A DNA stretch of 64,000 bases from a candidate division FCPU426 bacterium (GTDB lineage: Bacteria; Oederibacteriota; JAAXVQ01; JAUVAV01): the NCBI GenBank assembly GCA_040756875.1, contig JBFLYH010000001.1:864001-928000 (forward strand), read 5' to 3'. This document shows positions 1 through 10,005 of this stretch, one piece after another; within the stretch, counting starts at the first letter, position 1, and every line of letters begins with the position of its first letter. Both the position numbers and the translations under genes were made by a program. The notes under the pieces were generated by a model. That model ran no database searches and was not told where the DNA came from. It worked only from the letters and a program-made list of their open reading frames with translations.

Positions 1-3000
1 CCCGTACAGCCGTTCGGAATTGGTCGAATTGAAATTCAGCGTACTGCTGAGATCGTTCAATATCCTGAACGGCAGCGTGGCCGAACTGGTATGGGACAGC
101 GTGCGGTTGGTCACCTTGCTGTCGCGATCCAGGGTGTTGGTTTCGGAGTAATGATAATCCAGGCTCAGCGACTGCAGGACAACCCCAGGCAGGGAAAAAG
201 GCTGGTTCCAGGTCAAACCCGAACCCGCGGTCATGGTCTCCGTGGTGATGAAATTATTCCGGGTGTTCATGTCCCGTTTCCAATTGGTGGAGTAATCCGG
301 ATTCAAGGTGACGTTCGAAAGCACGTTAAAGGAAGTGCCCCAGGTTTCCCTCTCGTTTTTCGAATTGATGTAGGCATCGTCGAAGAGGTTGTCCTTTTCC
401 CGGAACCCGAACGGGTCAATGACCCACAGATGATCGAATTCCAGCTGACTGATGGGGTCCAAGCCGACCTCCGTGCGGTAGGTGGCGGAAATATTGTAAT
501 TGCGGCTCCAGTTGATTCTGGGAATTTCCCGCCAGCCGAAGATTTCCCCCAGCGCCACGCTGCTTTGCAGGGAAAGGCTGCCCGGAACGGCCAGCGTATC
601 GTTGATATAATCGCGGCTGTTGGTCATGGCATACGTCAGGCTGGGCGTCACCACGGGCAGGGACACCAGGTTGAGGTTGAGCTTGGCCACTTTTTCCAGG
701 CGCGAAGTCCGGTAGAGATCCGAAAAATAGTGGGCGTTGACGGTATTGGTCAATTCGGAATAAAACTTGTAAGCAGTCAGGAAACCCCGGTCGCTATTCT
801 GGCTGTAGGTAAAGCTCGGATTAAACCGCAGGAACGACAGGGGGCTGTAGCTGCCCTGGTAGGAATAGGTCTCCTCCTTGGTGTGCTTCCATTTGTCCCA
901 TAAATCCGTGCGTTTCAACTCCCGGATGCCTTCCGGATTGTACATGATGTGATTGTCCACGTACCTGAACTTCCCGGTGAACGTCGTGGTTCCGATCGGC
1001 AGATTCAGGATCTGGCTGGGCAGTGTATAGGACATGGTCGGCGTGGTCTCGGTGGTTTCCTCGTCATAATTGACGTTGTAACGCTGTTCGATGTAACTCG
1101 TGTTTTTACGAGTGCGCTTGGCGGACACCGAAAGATCCAGGCCTGTCAGCTGGTTGTAGGCAACATCACCGCCGATCGTTTCATTCACCACATCCGGCAC
1201 AGAGAAATTGTTGGAATACGTGGGCAGGGACCGGTTCTGAAGCTCCGTGTAATTCTCCGTCCGCGTCCAATTCACGTTGACCGGCAGGTAGGACAATTTG
1301 GTGATGCTGCCATCCACCCGTTCCTGGGTCACGTGCTGTTTGCCCGAGGGCGTTTCGTCGATTTGGAAAAAATCGGTGCCGATGTCGCGATGATCCGTAT
1401 TGACCGAAAAAATGTCGGACAACCGGGTGCTGGAAGTAATGCGCGCGGCCATGCCTTCGCGGGTTTTGGCGTCGGTGGCGCGGAGGCTGTTGATCCAAAG
1501 GATTTCCGGCACAGCCGTCGGATTGGGATTTATGACCCCGAGCGAAATTTCCTTCACCTGGTTCAAGCCGGCAATGATATTGGGCTGGAATACCGCTAGG
1601 CGCCGGCCGTCGCTGCCGTCGAGTTCGACGGTGTAGGTGTGCCAGGTCCCGATGCGGGCTTCGTCCAAGGGCAGCTCGTACTGGTAGAAATTGTTCTGAT
1701 CCAGACCCAGGCGCACGAACAGCCGTTCGCCCGGCGCGGTGGAGGTCTTTTTAAACACATCCACCCGCAAGTAACGGTAAAAAGAATAATCGTATCCCGT
1801 GGTGTCATTGGACAGCGTGCGGGTCAAATAGTACGCGGGCATGGTATTGCCGGCGTTATAATTAACCACCGCGTACTGGTCCAGGGTGTATTCCAGTTCC
1901 AAGGCCCGTTCGTTCTGCAGGTCCCTCTCCTTGTAATCCTCATCGTAAATGAAAAAATGCACGTCAGGCTGGTAGCCGCTGTAAGTTTCCCGGCTGATGG
2001 CCGTGGCGTTCAGCGTGCCGCCGGAGGCTTCGGACACCGGCACGCCGTTCACGTCGACCGTATTGGGGGCAACCCGCGGCTGCCATTTGTTTCCTGTCAG
2101 TTGGATGGATTCGATCTGAAAATATCCGGAAGAGGCCGAGCCGCTCTCCGCGGTGATCCACAGGCGCGCATGTTTGACAAAGCCCAGAAATGTCGGATCC
2201 TGCGAGTTGGCCGTAGGCAAGGTATCGCCCAAGAGGCGGGTAGGCGTCGCCAGCGGAATTTTAATCATGTTCCAGCCCGGTTGCAAGGTGATCTCATATT
2301 CGTAATAGCTTTGCGCCAGATCTATTTGGTCGTCATTATCCAAGTCCTCGTTGTCCAGCTTATCATTGCTGGCGCCCCAGTATTGGGGTACCCCGGGGCC
2401 GCTAAACCCGGCCTGCGCTGTGGTCGGATAAATCCCCGTCGGGCCCGAGGGATCGGCGGCAATGGTCGGCGGCACGGCGTACGGGTTGGACATATAATTC
2501 CCGATTCCCTTGTCAACACCCTGGGCAAATATCTGGCGGTCGCCTTCGAAGTTCAGGCGGTAGTTGCCGTTCGAATCTTCGCTGATGATTCCCAGATCGA
2601 TATTCAGCCTGATGGGATGGGCGCTGTCTGCTGCTGAATAATACGAAATTTCCAGATAGCGGTACTCGTGCAGATTGGCGCCAGAAGACGATATCGGATA
2701 AACGAATCCATCCCAGGTTGCGTTGCTCATATCCGAGTAATTCCAGCGCATCTGATGGACCTTGTCATTGCTGTCCACGGGAACGCGGCCGGTTTCAAAA
2801 ACATCCGTCAGATAAACATAACGGCGAAACGCCGGGTCGGTGAAAGTCCCGGGGCTGCTCGACGGAAACCAAATATTATTAGCGTTTTCATTCACAGGCA
2901 GGGCCAACACATTGTCCGAGCCTTCCATGCTGTCGATCATGGCCACGCTGTCTTCGCCTGCCCGGCGGTAGGTGTTGGAATTATAAATGCTGTACGCTCC

Positions 3001-5955
3001 TTCAGCCGCCACGTCCACGGTCAGGGGCACTTTGAAATTCCCCACCCAGGGCAAGGCCGCTTCGCCGAAATCATCGGGATTAAGGCTGAGTTTGATATCA
3101 CCGTCAAAGAGCGAGAGCGAGTTGGGCGTGGAGCGGATGTCCGGAATTTCCAGCGGGGCCTGGCTGGCATTGTACAAGAACGTCGAACCCACGGACAATT
3201 TTTTGGGGATGATGTCATACTCCCCGCGCGCGCCGAAAATGCTGGACTGGAACTTGCCACCGAACGGCAGGTACTCGTACGTCACTGTGATTTCGGTGCT
3301 GGAGGCGATGTTTTCCGGATTGAGGAAGGTCAGGTAGCCGCTGTCATTATCGAGGTAATAATCCGTGTTGCGCTGCAGTTTCAAGCCGTCCTTGCGGATG
3401 ATTTCGGAGTTGGGAATGATGTTGTAATGCTGCAACTGGAAGGTGCTGATGACGTTCTTGAATTCGATGTGCAAAGTGAATTTATGGGCCTGGTTGATGT
3501 CTCCGTTGGAAGTCAGCGTGGGGTTGTACTGGGTGTTATAGGCGTCGTTGCGGTTGGGCTGGTAATCATCCGATAAAAATTGGGCTGGCTCGCCGTTGGT
3601 CAGGCGCTGCTGCAGCGGATAATCATGAATGAACTGGATCGTGCCGAAGGTCGGGTCAATTCGGTAGTAATGTTCGGCATTCAGCGTATCCGAAGGCTGG
3701 GGGAGCTGGACTTCGCTGCCGTCATTGGCAAAGACTTTCAGTTTGAAGTCCGCGTCGCTCTGTGGGTCCAGGATGTTTTGGTACCCCAGGGCATAGCGGT
3801 TCATCAGCATCATCCGGTAATCGCGGGCATTGGTCAGGCTGTTGTAATTTTGGATCAGGTGTGACGTATCCGAGGTTTGACCCGCAGGGACGGGAACCGG
3901 CGCCGCAGGGTCGCCCGGCACGAAGAGGTTGGCCGGATTGAAATCGAAGACTGTTCCTGCCGGATCGCTGTACCCCACCGTATGGACGACGCCGTTTTCA
4001 TCCGTATATTTATACGCCACTGCAATCAGCCAGGTTTGTGCCATGGTGTTGGTGAACGTGATAATGCCCCGCTCGTAATCCAAGGTGTAATCCACGCCAG
4101 GCGAAAGCAGATTGAACCTGACTTCCTGGCCGTTGGCAGTCACGGTGACCGACTGGGCGGTCACTAATCCATTGGTTACGTAGATTTTGTCCGATCCGGG
4201 CACAATGCCGTGCCTGACCTGGTTGCCGTCGTAGATCGGTAATTCCGGGTGATTGACCTGGCTGGGCCAGGCTTTGGTCAGATAGTAATATTTAAACGCC
4301 GTGAAATAGACATCCTGCTTGTCCAAGGTGCGCGGCGAGGTATTGCCCTTGAATTTCTCGGTCACCGTAATGCCCTTGGTTTGGGCGCCGATCGCGTGGA
4401 AGCGAAAATTATTAAAGGCCACCTTGAGTTTGGCGCCAAAAAGGTTTTTGTTGTATCCGGCAAATTCGGTGCGGGGTAAGTCGAGCAGAATGTCGCCGAA
4501 CGCGGCTTCCTGAATGACTTCATCCGGATCGCCGGCGTAGATAATGGATATTTTCCGCTGTTCTTCCAGGGTGTCGTCGTAGTCCACGTCCACCGTGATT
4601 TTCTTGCCCACCTTCCCTTCCAGACGCACCTGCAGTTCCTGATCCAGGTTGAAACCCTTGGTCAAGCCCGACGTTAGCGAGGGATACCGGTCCGTCGAAC
4701 CGCCTTCCTGAACATTCAACGGCGTCACTTCGGTGTAAGACACGTCGATCTTCTTCCGCCCCGAGATGGTCAGGGACGATTCCGGCGGCAAGCCGGGAAT
4801 GGAGGTGGAAAGGAGCCCTGTGGAGGGAATCTCCAGCGGCGGCCGCGGCCCGGCTTGGGCGGAGGCGGATGCCGGCCCTTCGAAGCCTTCCACGTCCACG
4901 GCGCGGACCGTATAAGTATAAAAGCGGCCCAACAGGGGTTTGTTCACGCTGTTTTGCTCGTCATCCGAGAACAGCGGGCTGGTCAGGAGGTTTCGGTTGA
5001 CCTTCACCGGCTGGGCTTCGGCATCTGAGCTGCGGTACACATTGTAGCCTGCCAGCGGGAAGGTTCCGGCCTGGGCGGCGCTCCAGCTCACCTCGATGGC
5101 ATCGTCGGTCTTGCCGGTGGCGGTCAGGTTCTGCGGCGCACCGGCCGAGACAAAAGGAACGGCCGAAAGCGTTTCCAAAGGCGCTGACCGGTTGCCTCGG
5201 CGATCCTGGGCGTACAAGGAGTAATAATACGTTTGTCCGTTGACCAGCGGTTGATCGATATAGGAACTTTGCTCCAGGGGCTTGGGCGTCAGCAACTCCC
5301 CTTCCTGGCCTTGCGCCTCGGACCTGTACAAAACATATCCCGCCAAACCATAGGGCCCTCCGGAAAAAGACGGCACCCAGGTAAGCTCCACTTTCTGGTC
5401 CTGCGGCCGGGCTTCAAAGCTGGAGGGCGGGGTTAATTGCGCGAGATTCGCCACGGCCAACAAAGCGGACATAGCCGAGAGATTGCCTTGCCCGTCCATC
5501 ACCACAACTGCGTAATAGTAATTTTTTCCCGCCATAGGCGGCGCAATGGAGGTGTCGCGGCTGTCCAGAAAATACGGTTCCGAAACCGCGGACCGATTGA
5601 TTAAATTTTCAGAAGGCGGCGGATCGGAAAAGGCCGTTTCAGACCGATAGATGCGGTAGGTTACGGGCGTGGCCACGGCTGCCGGAGCCGGTTCCCAGGC
5701 CAGAATGATGCGGTCACCGGCGGCTTCGGCTTGCAGGCCGACCGGCGCGGGCAACAACGGCTTCACTTCGGCCGTCGGCTGCGGCGTGGGCGTGGTTCCC
5801 GGAGCCGGAGCGGTCTGAACATCCACCCGCGACACCCCGGCTGGAACAGGCAAGGCCGCCTGCCCTGCAATTGGGATTAGAAACAGCCCGGACAGGAAGA
5901 AAATCGAGAGGGCAAAAAGACGCGTTGCAGAACGGAGTAATACCGACAACAGCAT
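1..5955 (-). CDS. Very large outer-membrane protein: 3x fibronectin type III domains + SprA/Sov-like (T9SS translocon-like) body; 3' end runs off the window
   Basis: Manual translation from ATG at 5955, in frame at every segment checked and still open at base 1 (1985 codons). Signal peptide MLLSVLLRSATRLFALSIFFLSGLFLIPIAGQA, Pro/Thr linker, three FN3-like repeats (IILAWEP, VELTWVP..GYVLYRS, IEVSWSA..GYNVYRS..YTYTVRAVD), then SprA-like motifs LQVRLEGKVGKKITVDVDYDD..KISIIYAGDPDEVIQEAAFGDI..LFGAKLKVAF and LWINSLRATDAKTREGMAARIT. The long plus-strand ORFs in the track here are antisense shadows. Confidence 0.75.
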   Translation of the reverse strand, partial: MLLSVLLRSATRLFALSIFFLSGLFLIPIAGQAALPVPAGVSRVDVQTAPAPGTTPTPQPTAEVKPLLPAPVGLQAEAAGDRIILAWEPAPAAVATPVTYRIYRSETAFSDPPPSENLINRSAVSEPYFLDSRDTSIAPPMAGKNYYYAVVVMDGQGNLSAMSALLAVANLAQLTPPSSFEARPQDQKVELTWVPSFSGGPYGLAGYVLYRSEAQGQEGELLTPKPLEQSSYIDQPLVNGQTYYYSLYAQDRRGNRSAPLETLSAVPFVSAGAPQNLTATGKTDDAIEVSWSAAQAGTFPLAGYNVYRSSDAEAQPVKVNRNLLTSPLFSDDEQNSVNKPLLGRFYTYTVRAVDVEGFEGPASASAQAGPRPPLEIPSTGLLSTSIPGLPPESSLTISGRKKIDVSYTEVTPLNVQEGGSTDRYPSLTSGLTKGFNLDQELQVRLEGKVGKKITVDVDYDDTLEEQRKISIIYAGDPDEVIQEAAFGDILLDLPRTEFAGYNKNLFGAKLKVAFNNFRFHAIGAQTKGITVTEKFKGNTSPRTLDKQDVYFTAFKYYYLTKAWPSQVNHPELPIYDGNQVRHGIVPGSDKIYVTNGLVTAQSVTVTANGQEVRFNLLSPGVDYTLDYERGIITFTNTMAQTWLIAVAYKYTDENGVVHTVGYSDPAGTVFDFNPANLFVPGDPAAPVPVPAGQTSDTSHLIQNYNSLTNARDYRMMLMNRYALGYQNILDPQSDADFKLKVFANDGSEVQLPQPSDTLNAEHYYRIDPTFGTIQFIHDYPLQQRLTNGEPAQFLSDDYQPNRNDAYNTQYNPTLTSNGDINQAHKFTLHIEFKNVISTFQLQHYNIIPNSEIIRKDGLKLQRNTDYYLDNDSGYLTFLNPENIASSTEITVTYEYLPFGGKFQSSIFGARGEYDIIPKKLSVGSTFLYNASQAPLEIPDIRSTPNSLSLFDGDIKLSLNPDDFGEAALPWVGNFKVPLTVDVAAEGAYSIYNSNTYRRAGEDSVAMIDSMEGSDNVLALPVNENANNIWFPSSSPGTFTDPAFRRYVYLTDVFETGRVPVDSNDKVHQMRWNYSDMSNATWDGFVYPISSSGANLHEYRYLEISYYSAADSAHPIRLNIDLGIISEDSNGNYRLNFEGDRQIFAQGVDKGIGNYMSNPYAVPPTIAADPSGPTGIYPTTAQAGFSGPGVPQYWGASNDKLDNEDLDNDDQIDLAQSYYEYEITLQPGWNMIKIPLATPTRLLGDTLPTANSQDPTFLGFVKHARLWITAESGSASSGYFQIESIQLTGNKWQPRVAPNTVDVNGVPVSEASGGTLNATAISRETYSGYQPDVHFFIYDEDYKERDLQNERALELEYTLDQYAVVNYNAGNTMPAYYLTRTLSNDTTGYDYSFYRYLRVDVFKKTSTAPGERLFVRLGLDQNNFYQYELPLDEARIGTWHTYTVELDGSDGRRLAVFQPNIIAGLNQVKEISLGVINPNPTAVPEILWINSLRATDAKTREGMAARITSSTRLSDIFSVNTDHRDIGTDFFQIDETPSGKQHVTQERVDGSITKLSYLPVNVNWTRTENYTELQNRSLPTYSNNFSVPDVVNETIGGDVAYNQLTGLDLSVSAKRTRKNTSYIEQRYNVNYDEETTETTPTMSYTLPSQILNLPIGTTTFTGKFRYVDNHIMYNPEGIRELKRTDLWDKWKHTKEETYSYQGSYSPLSFLRFNPSFTYSQNSDRGFLTAYKFYSELTNTVNAHYFSDLYRTSRLEKVAKLNLNLVSLPVVTPSLTYAMTNSRDYINDTLAVPGSLSLQSSVALGEIFGWREIPRINWSRNYNISATYRTEVGLDPISQLEFDHLWVIDPFGFREKDNLFDDAYINSKNERETWGTSFNVLSNVTLNPDYSTNWKRDMNTRNNFITTETMTAGSGLTWNQPFSLPGVVLQSLSLDYHYSETNTLDRDSKVTNRTLSHTSSATLPFRILNDLSSTLNFNSTNSERLYG

Positions 5956-6089
5956 GACCCCCAAAGGATATCCAGCATAAGCCCCTCCGGATGAATATTT
6001 ATTATTGCAGGCTGGCGTCCATCCCGCAAGCTGAATATTCTTCGATCCCCTCCCCTTGCGTCTCCCCGATTGGTCTCCTCACCCTGCGC

Positions 6090-6118
6090 TTGACAGGTCT
6101 GAAGTCCCCCACTAGAAT
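6090..6118 (+). promoter_or_regulatory. sigma70-type promoter for GT39-lptF-lptG
   Basis: TTGACA-N17-TAGAAT about 47 bp upstream of the TTG start, which has an AGGAG RBS. Confidence 0.7.
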
Positions 6119-6165
6119 GTATTGATTTATAGACCATTTGAACGCCTTTTTTACAGGAGCAGCCC

Positions 6166-7686
6166 TTGTCCCAGGAAGAAAAATGGTTCTGGATTACCTT
6201 GGCGCTGGTAACCGGGCTGCGCCTTTTTGCCATCGCGGGTTTTGAACTCGCGCCGGACGAGGCTTATTACTGGACATGGTCCAGGCACCTGGACTGGGGT
6301 TATTACGACCAAGGGCCTTTGCTGGCTTTGGTGATCCGGCTGGGTACCTGGCTGGGCGGCGGCCCCTCGGCATGGAGCGTGCGCCTGGGCAGTGTCCTGC
6401 TGTCCGGTGTGACCTCGTGGTTTTTTTTCCAATTGGTGCGGCGCGCCACGGCCAGCAACCGGGCCGCCTGGTACGCCTTCCTGCTGCTGCAATCGGCGCT
6501 GTTGATTTCCGCCGGCGCCCTTTTAATGATGCATGATTCGATCATGGTCTGCGCCTGGACCGCGGCTTTGTACTTCTTCCACCGGGCGCTGTGCCAGGAG
6601 TGGCGGCCCGGGTGGGTGGGCGGGGCGCTGGCTTTGGGAGCAGGCGCTCTGGCCAAGTATTCGATGGCCCTGTTCGTGCCGTGCCTGCTGCTGTTCCTGG
6701 TGGTATCACCGCGGCAGCGGAGGGAATGGCTGCGGCCCCCTCTCTACCTGGCCGGTGTGGCCACGCTCCTTTTGGTTGCACCCCTGGTGATTTGGAATTT
6801 GCAGCATGGCTGGGCTTCGTTCGGGCATATCGGCGATTTAAGCGGAGCCGGGCAGGCCTGGAAATTTTCCTTGTCCACGGTGGGCAATTATCTGGGCGGC
6901 CAGCTGGGTATCATGAGCCCTCTCCTGGGCGCTCTATGCTTCGCGGCGCCTTTGTTGGCCTGGCGCCTGTGGCGACAAGGCCAGCCGCACGGCGAGGATT
7001 ATCTTTTTTTAGCCTGCTTTTCAGCCCCTATTTTCCTGTTTTTCCTCGTCCTTTCCGTACGCACATCGGTTTACGCCAACTGGCCGGCGCCCGCCTACCC
7101 GGCGGCCCTTGCCATTCTCGGCGGCGTATACGCTTTCCGCCAACAACGAACGCCGTCGCGTGCGTGGCGTTCGTGGGCTTGGGCCACCCTTGCATTGTCG
7201 CTCCTCTTCACTCTGGTAGCGCATACCGAGGTCTTGTGGGGCGTGCCGCCGTTGACCGGACGGGCGGCCGAATCCATGGACCGGGTGCGCGGCTGGCGGA
7301 TCATGGGCAACGAAGCCTCCCGGCTGTTGCGCGAACTGCAAGCGCAGAGCCCGACTCCCCTGCTGCTTGGAGCCCGTCGCTACCAAATCGCCGGCCTGCT
7401 GTCCTTCTACACCGAGGGCCATCCGGAAGTGCAACTCTTCCCCCTGCGCGAGCCGGCGGACAATCAATACCGTTTCTGGGATCAGCGGTCCCGCTTGGCC
7501 GGGCGCAACTTTCTTTATGTCAGCGAGCATTATTGGGAGGCCGACCACATCCGCCCTTTTTTCAACGAAGTGAGAACCCTGGAACCGTTCGCGGTCATCC
7601 AAAACGGCCGCAAGATCCGCGAAATCCGCTATTTCCTCGCCTTGGGATATAACCCATCCGCCGCCCCTGCCGGAGCCAAACCGTGA
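6166..7686 (+). CDS. Glycosyltransferase family 39 (ArnT/PMT-like, GT-C fold) membrane protein
   Basis: N-terminal DEAYYWTWSRHLDWGYYDQGPL motif, LAKYS motif, many TM segments. Confidence 0.85.
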   Translation: MSQEEKWFWITLALVTGLRLFAIAGFELAPDEAYYWTWSRHLDWGYYDQGPLLALVIRLGTWLGGGPSAWSVRLGSVLLSGVTSWFFFQLVRRATASNRAAWYAFLLLQSALLISAGALLMMHDSIMVCAWTAALYFFHRALCQEWRPGWVGGALALGAGALAKYSMALFVPCLLLFLVVSPRQRREWLRPPLYLAGVATLLLVAPLVIWNLQHGWASFGHIGDLSGAGQAWKFSLSTVGNYLGGQLGIMSPLLGALCFAAPLLAWRLWRQGQPHGEDYLFLACFSAPIFLFFLVLSVRTSVYANWPAPAYPAALAILGGVYAFRQQRTPSRAWRSWAWATLALSLLFTLVAHTEVLWGVPPLTGRAAESMDRVRGWRIMGNEASRLLRELQAQSPTPLLLGARRYQIAGLLSFYTEGHPEVQLFPLREPADNQYRFWDQRSRLAGRNFLYVSEHYWEADHIRPFFNEVRTLEPFAVIQNGRKIREIRYFLALGYNPSAAPAGAKP

Positions 7687-8840
7687 AGACCCTTCGTTGG
7701 TACGTCGTCCGCGAACTGGTTTTCCCCTTTTTCATGGGCGTCACGGTGTTCACGTTTATTTTGATCATGGATAAAATTTTCACGCTCTCCGACCTGATCG
7801 TCAAATACGGCGTCTCGGTCCTGACCGTGGGCAGACTGCTGCTGTATATCCTGCCGGCGACTTTCGCCATCACCATCCCCATGGCCTGCCTGGTGGCCGT
7901 GCTCGTGGCCTTTTCCCGCCTGAAAAGCGACAACGAACTGACCGCCCTGCGCGCTTCCGGCATCTCGCCCCTGCCGCTGCTCGATTCCTTGCTGGCATTG
8001 GCCTTGGCCTTGACCCTGGGCATGATCGCATTCAACAACACCGTGCTCCCGGACGCCAATATGGCCTACCGGACGCTGTATTTCGACATTGTCAGCCAGC
8101 GCGCGGCGATCGTGATCAGGGAGCACGTCTTCGTTGAGGATTTCGACGGGTACATTTTTCGGGTGGGCGACAAGAATCCCGTGACCGGCGAACTCCGCGA
8201 CGTGATCGTCTTCGTCCGGGGCCAAAAGCCCGAAGACCCTGTCCGGACCATCTTCGCCCGGCGCGGCCAGCTCATCAGCGACCATGAAAACCGCCGCGTC
8301 CTGCTCAAGCTGGAGGACGGGTACATGCAGGTGGTGGCCCGGGACAATCCATCCGTGCTCTCGCGCGTGGACTTCAACACCACTTTTCTCGACCTCGACA
8401 TCAACCGTTCACTGGCGCAGCCGGTCCAGTCACTGCCGCGGAGCGCACGGGAAATGTCCATGACGGACATCCGTCGGCAAATCGACCTGGATCTGCGAGA
8501 AGGCAAGGACGTCAACCTGCTCTGGGTTGAGTACCACAAAAAGGTTTCGATCCCCTTCGCCTGCCTGGTGTTCGTGCTCATCGGTGCGCCGGTTGGCATC
8601 CTGGTGCCGCGCTCCGGAAGGTATGTGGCGTATTTCGTGGCAGTGATCCTGATCTTTTTGTATTACATCGCGATTTCCTTGGGCGAAACCTTCGGCGCCA
8701 ACGGCAAGCTGGACCCCTTCCTCTCTATGTGGATTCCGAACCTGTTCCTGGCCGGTGCCGGCTGCTACGGGCTGGCCTGGGTTCTCGGGGAGCAGCCGCC
8801 GGGATTCGGCCGCCATTCCTCCCCTCGGAGGGCCCCGTGA
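7683..8840 (+). CDS. lptF: LPS export ABC transporter permease LptF (YjgP/YjgQ family)
   Basis: FSRLKSDNELTALRASGIS, EYHKKVSIPFACLVF and WIPN motifs; overlaps both neighbours by 4 bp. Confidence 0.85.
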   Translation: MKTLRWYVVRELVFPFFMGVTVFTFILIMDKIFTLSDLIVKYGVSVLTVGRLLLYILPATFAITIPMACLVAVLVAFSRLKSDNELTALRASGISPLPLLDSLLALALALTLGMIAFNNTVLPDANMAYRTLYFDIVSQRAAIVIREHVFVEDFDGYIFRVGDKNPVTGELRDVIVFVRGQKPEDPVRTIFARRGQLISDHENRRVLLKLEDGYMQVVARDNPSVLSRVDFNTTFLDLDINRSLAQPVQSLPRSAREMSMTDIRRQIDLDLREGKDVNLLWVEYHKKVSIPFACLVFVLIGAPVGILVPRSGRYVAYFVAVILIFLYYIAISLGETFGANGKLDPFLSMWIPNLFLAGAGCYGLAWVLGEQPPGFGRHSSPRRAP

Positions 8841-9946
8841 AAACCATCGACCGTTACCTTCTGAAAGAATTTTTCCAGGCCCTGCTTTTTACCACCCTGG
8901 TTTTCGTCGGTTTGTATGTCATCGCGGAGATGGTGGACGACATGCGCGGTTTTGTGGAGCACCGGCCCGCCGTCACCCTGATCGTCCTGTATTACGTCTA
9001 TCGGCTGCCGTACTACCTGGTCCAGGTCATGCCCATGGCCGTGCTGCTTTCCGCCCTGTTTTCCCTGGGCCAGCTGGGCCGCCACAATGAACTGATCGCC
9101 CTGCGCTCTTGCGGGGTGAGCTTTTTTCGCATCGCCCGTCCCATTCTCCTGGCTGCCCTCGCCCTGGTCGCCCTGATTCTGATCTTTATTGAAGCCGTGA
9201 TTCCCGCCACCACCCCGAGGGCCCGCCTGATCAAACGGGTCAAAATCGAACAAAAAAGCGACGACTCCTACCAATACCGCCGGGATTGGATCACCCGCAG
9301 CCTGCCGGGCAACTGGATCCTGCAGGCGCGCCATTTCGACGCCCTTGCCGGGCATATGTCCGGCGTGATTGTGCTCCACCTGACCCCGGACCGCCGCGTC
9401 GAGGAACGCATTGATGCGGAATCCGGCGTATGGCAACCAGGCGAATGGCGTTTGGAAAACGGCGTACGGCGGGTTTTTACCGAGGCGGGCGAAGTCGTCG
9501 AGTGCTACCGTTTCGAAGTGTTCAATTGGAAAGTGCGCGAACAACCCCGCGAGTTCATCCGCGAAAACAAGGAAGAGGATCAGTTGCTAGCCATGCCGCT
9601 CAAGGAGCTTCGCTATCAAATCCGCTTGCTGCGCGAAATGGGCAGCGATCCCCGGACCGAGGAAGTGAATTTCCACTTGAAGATCGCCTTCCCCTTCGCC
9701 ATCTTCATTCTCGCGCTTTTGGGGGTCGCTTTGCCGTTTATCTTCCCGACCGGGCAAAGGGCCTTGGTCTGGACCGCCATCGGATTCGTGTTCACGATCG
9801 TCACGGCGTTTTTCTACATCGGATTTCTGGCCATCGGCACGTCACTGGGGAAAAACGGCTCGCTTCCCCCGCTGCTTTCGGTGTGGATCGCCAATCTGGT
9901 GTTCGCAGGACTGGGGATCGTGCTGATGAGCAAAGCGAAGACCTGA
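8837..9946 (+). CDS. lptG: LPS export ABC transporter permease LptG (YjgP/YjgQ family)
   Basis: GTG start in a GTGA overlap; KTIDRYL, LGRHNELIALRSCGVS, FHLKIAFPF and WIAN motifs. Confidence 0.85.
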   Translation: MKTIDRYLLKEFFQALLFTTLVFVGLYVIAEMVDDMRGFVEHRPAVTLIVLYYVYRLPYYLVQVMPMAVLLSALFSLGQLGRHNELIALRSCGVSFFRIARPILLAALALVALILIFIEAVIPATTPRARLIKRVKIEQKSDDSYQYRRDWITRSLPGNWILQARHFDALAGHMSGVIVLHLTPDRRVEERIDAESGVWQPGEWRLENGVRRVFTEAGEVVECYRFEVFNWKVREQPREFIRENKEEDQLLAMPLKELRYQIRLLREMGSDPRTEEVNFHLKIAFPFAIFILALLGVALPFIFPTGQRALVWTAIGFVFTIVTAFFYIGFLAIGTSLGKNGSLPPLLSVWIANLVFAGLGIVLMSKAKT

Positions 9947-10005
9947 AACAGGCCTTTTCCTCTTCGGCGCGGAATGTTCCCAGGCGCCCTTGCCGTCCGA
10001 GGGAT

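Noticed and set aside
91-4513. Several long plus-strand ORFs (270, 216, 332, 302 aa)
   Set aside because: Antisense shadows of the large minus-strand gene; no recognisable motifs.
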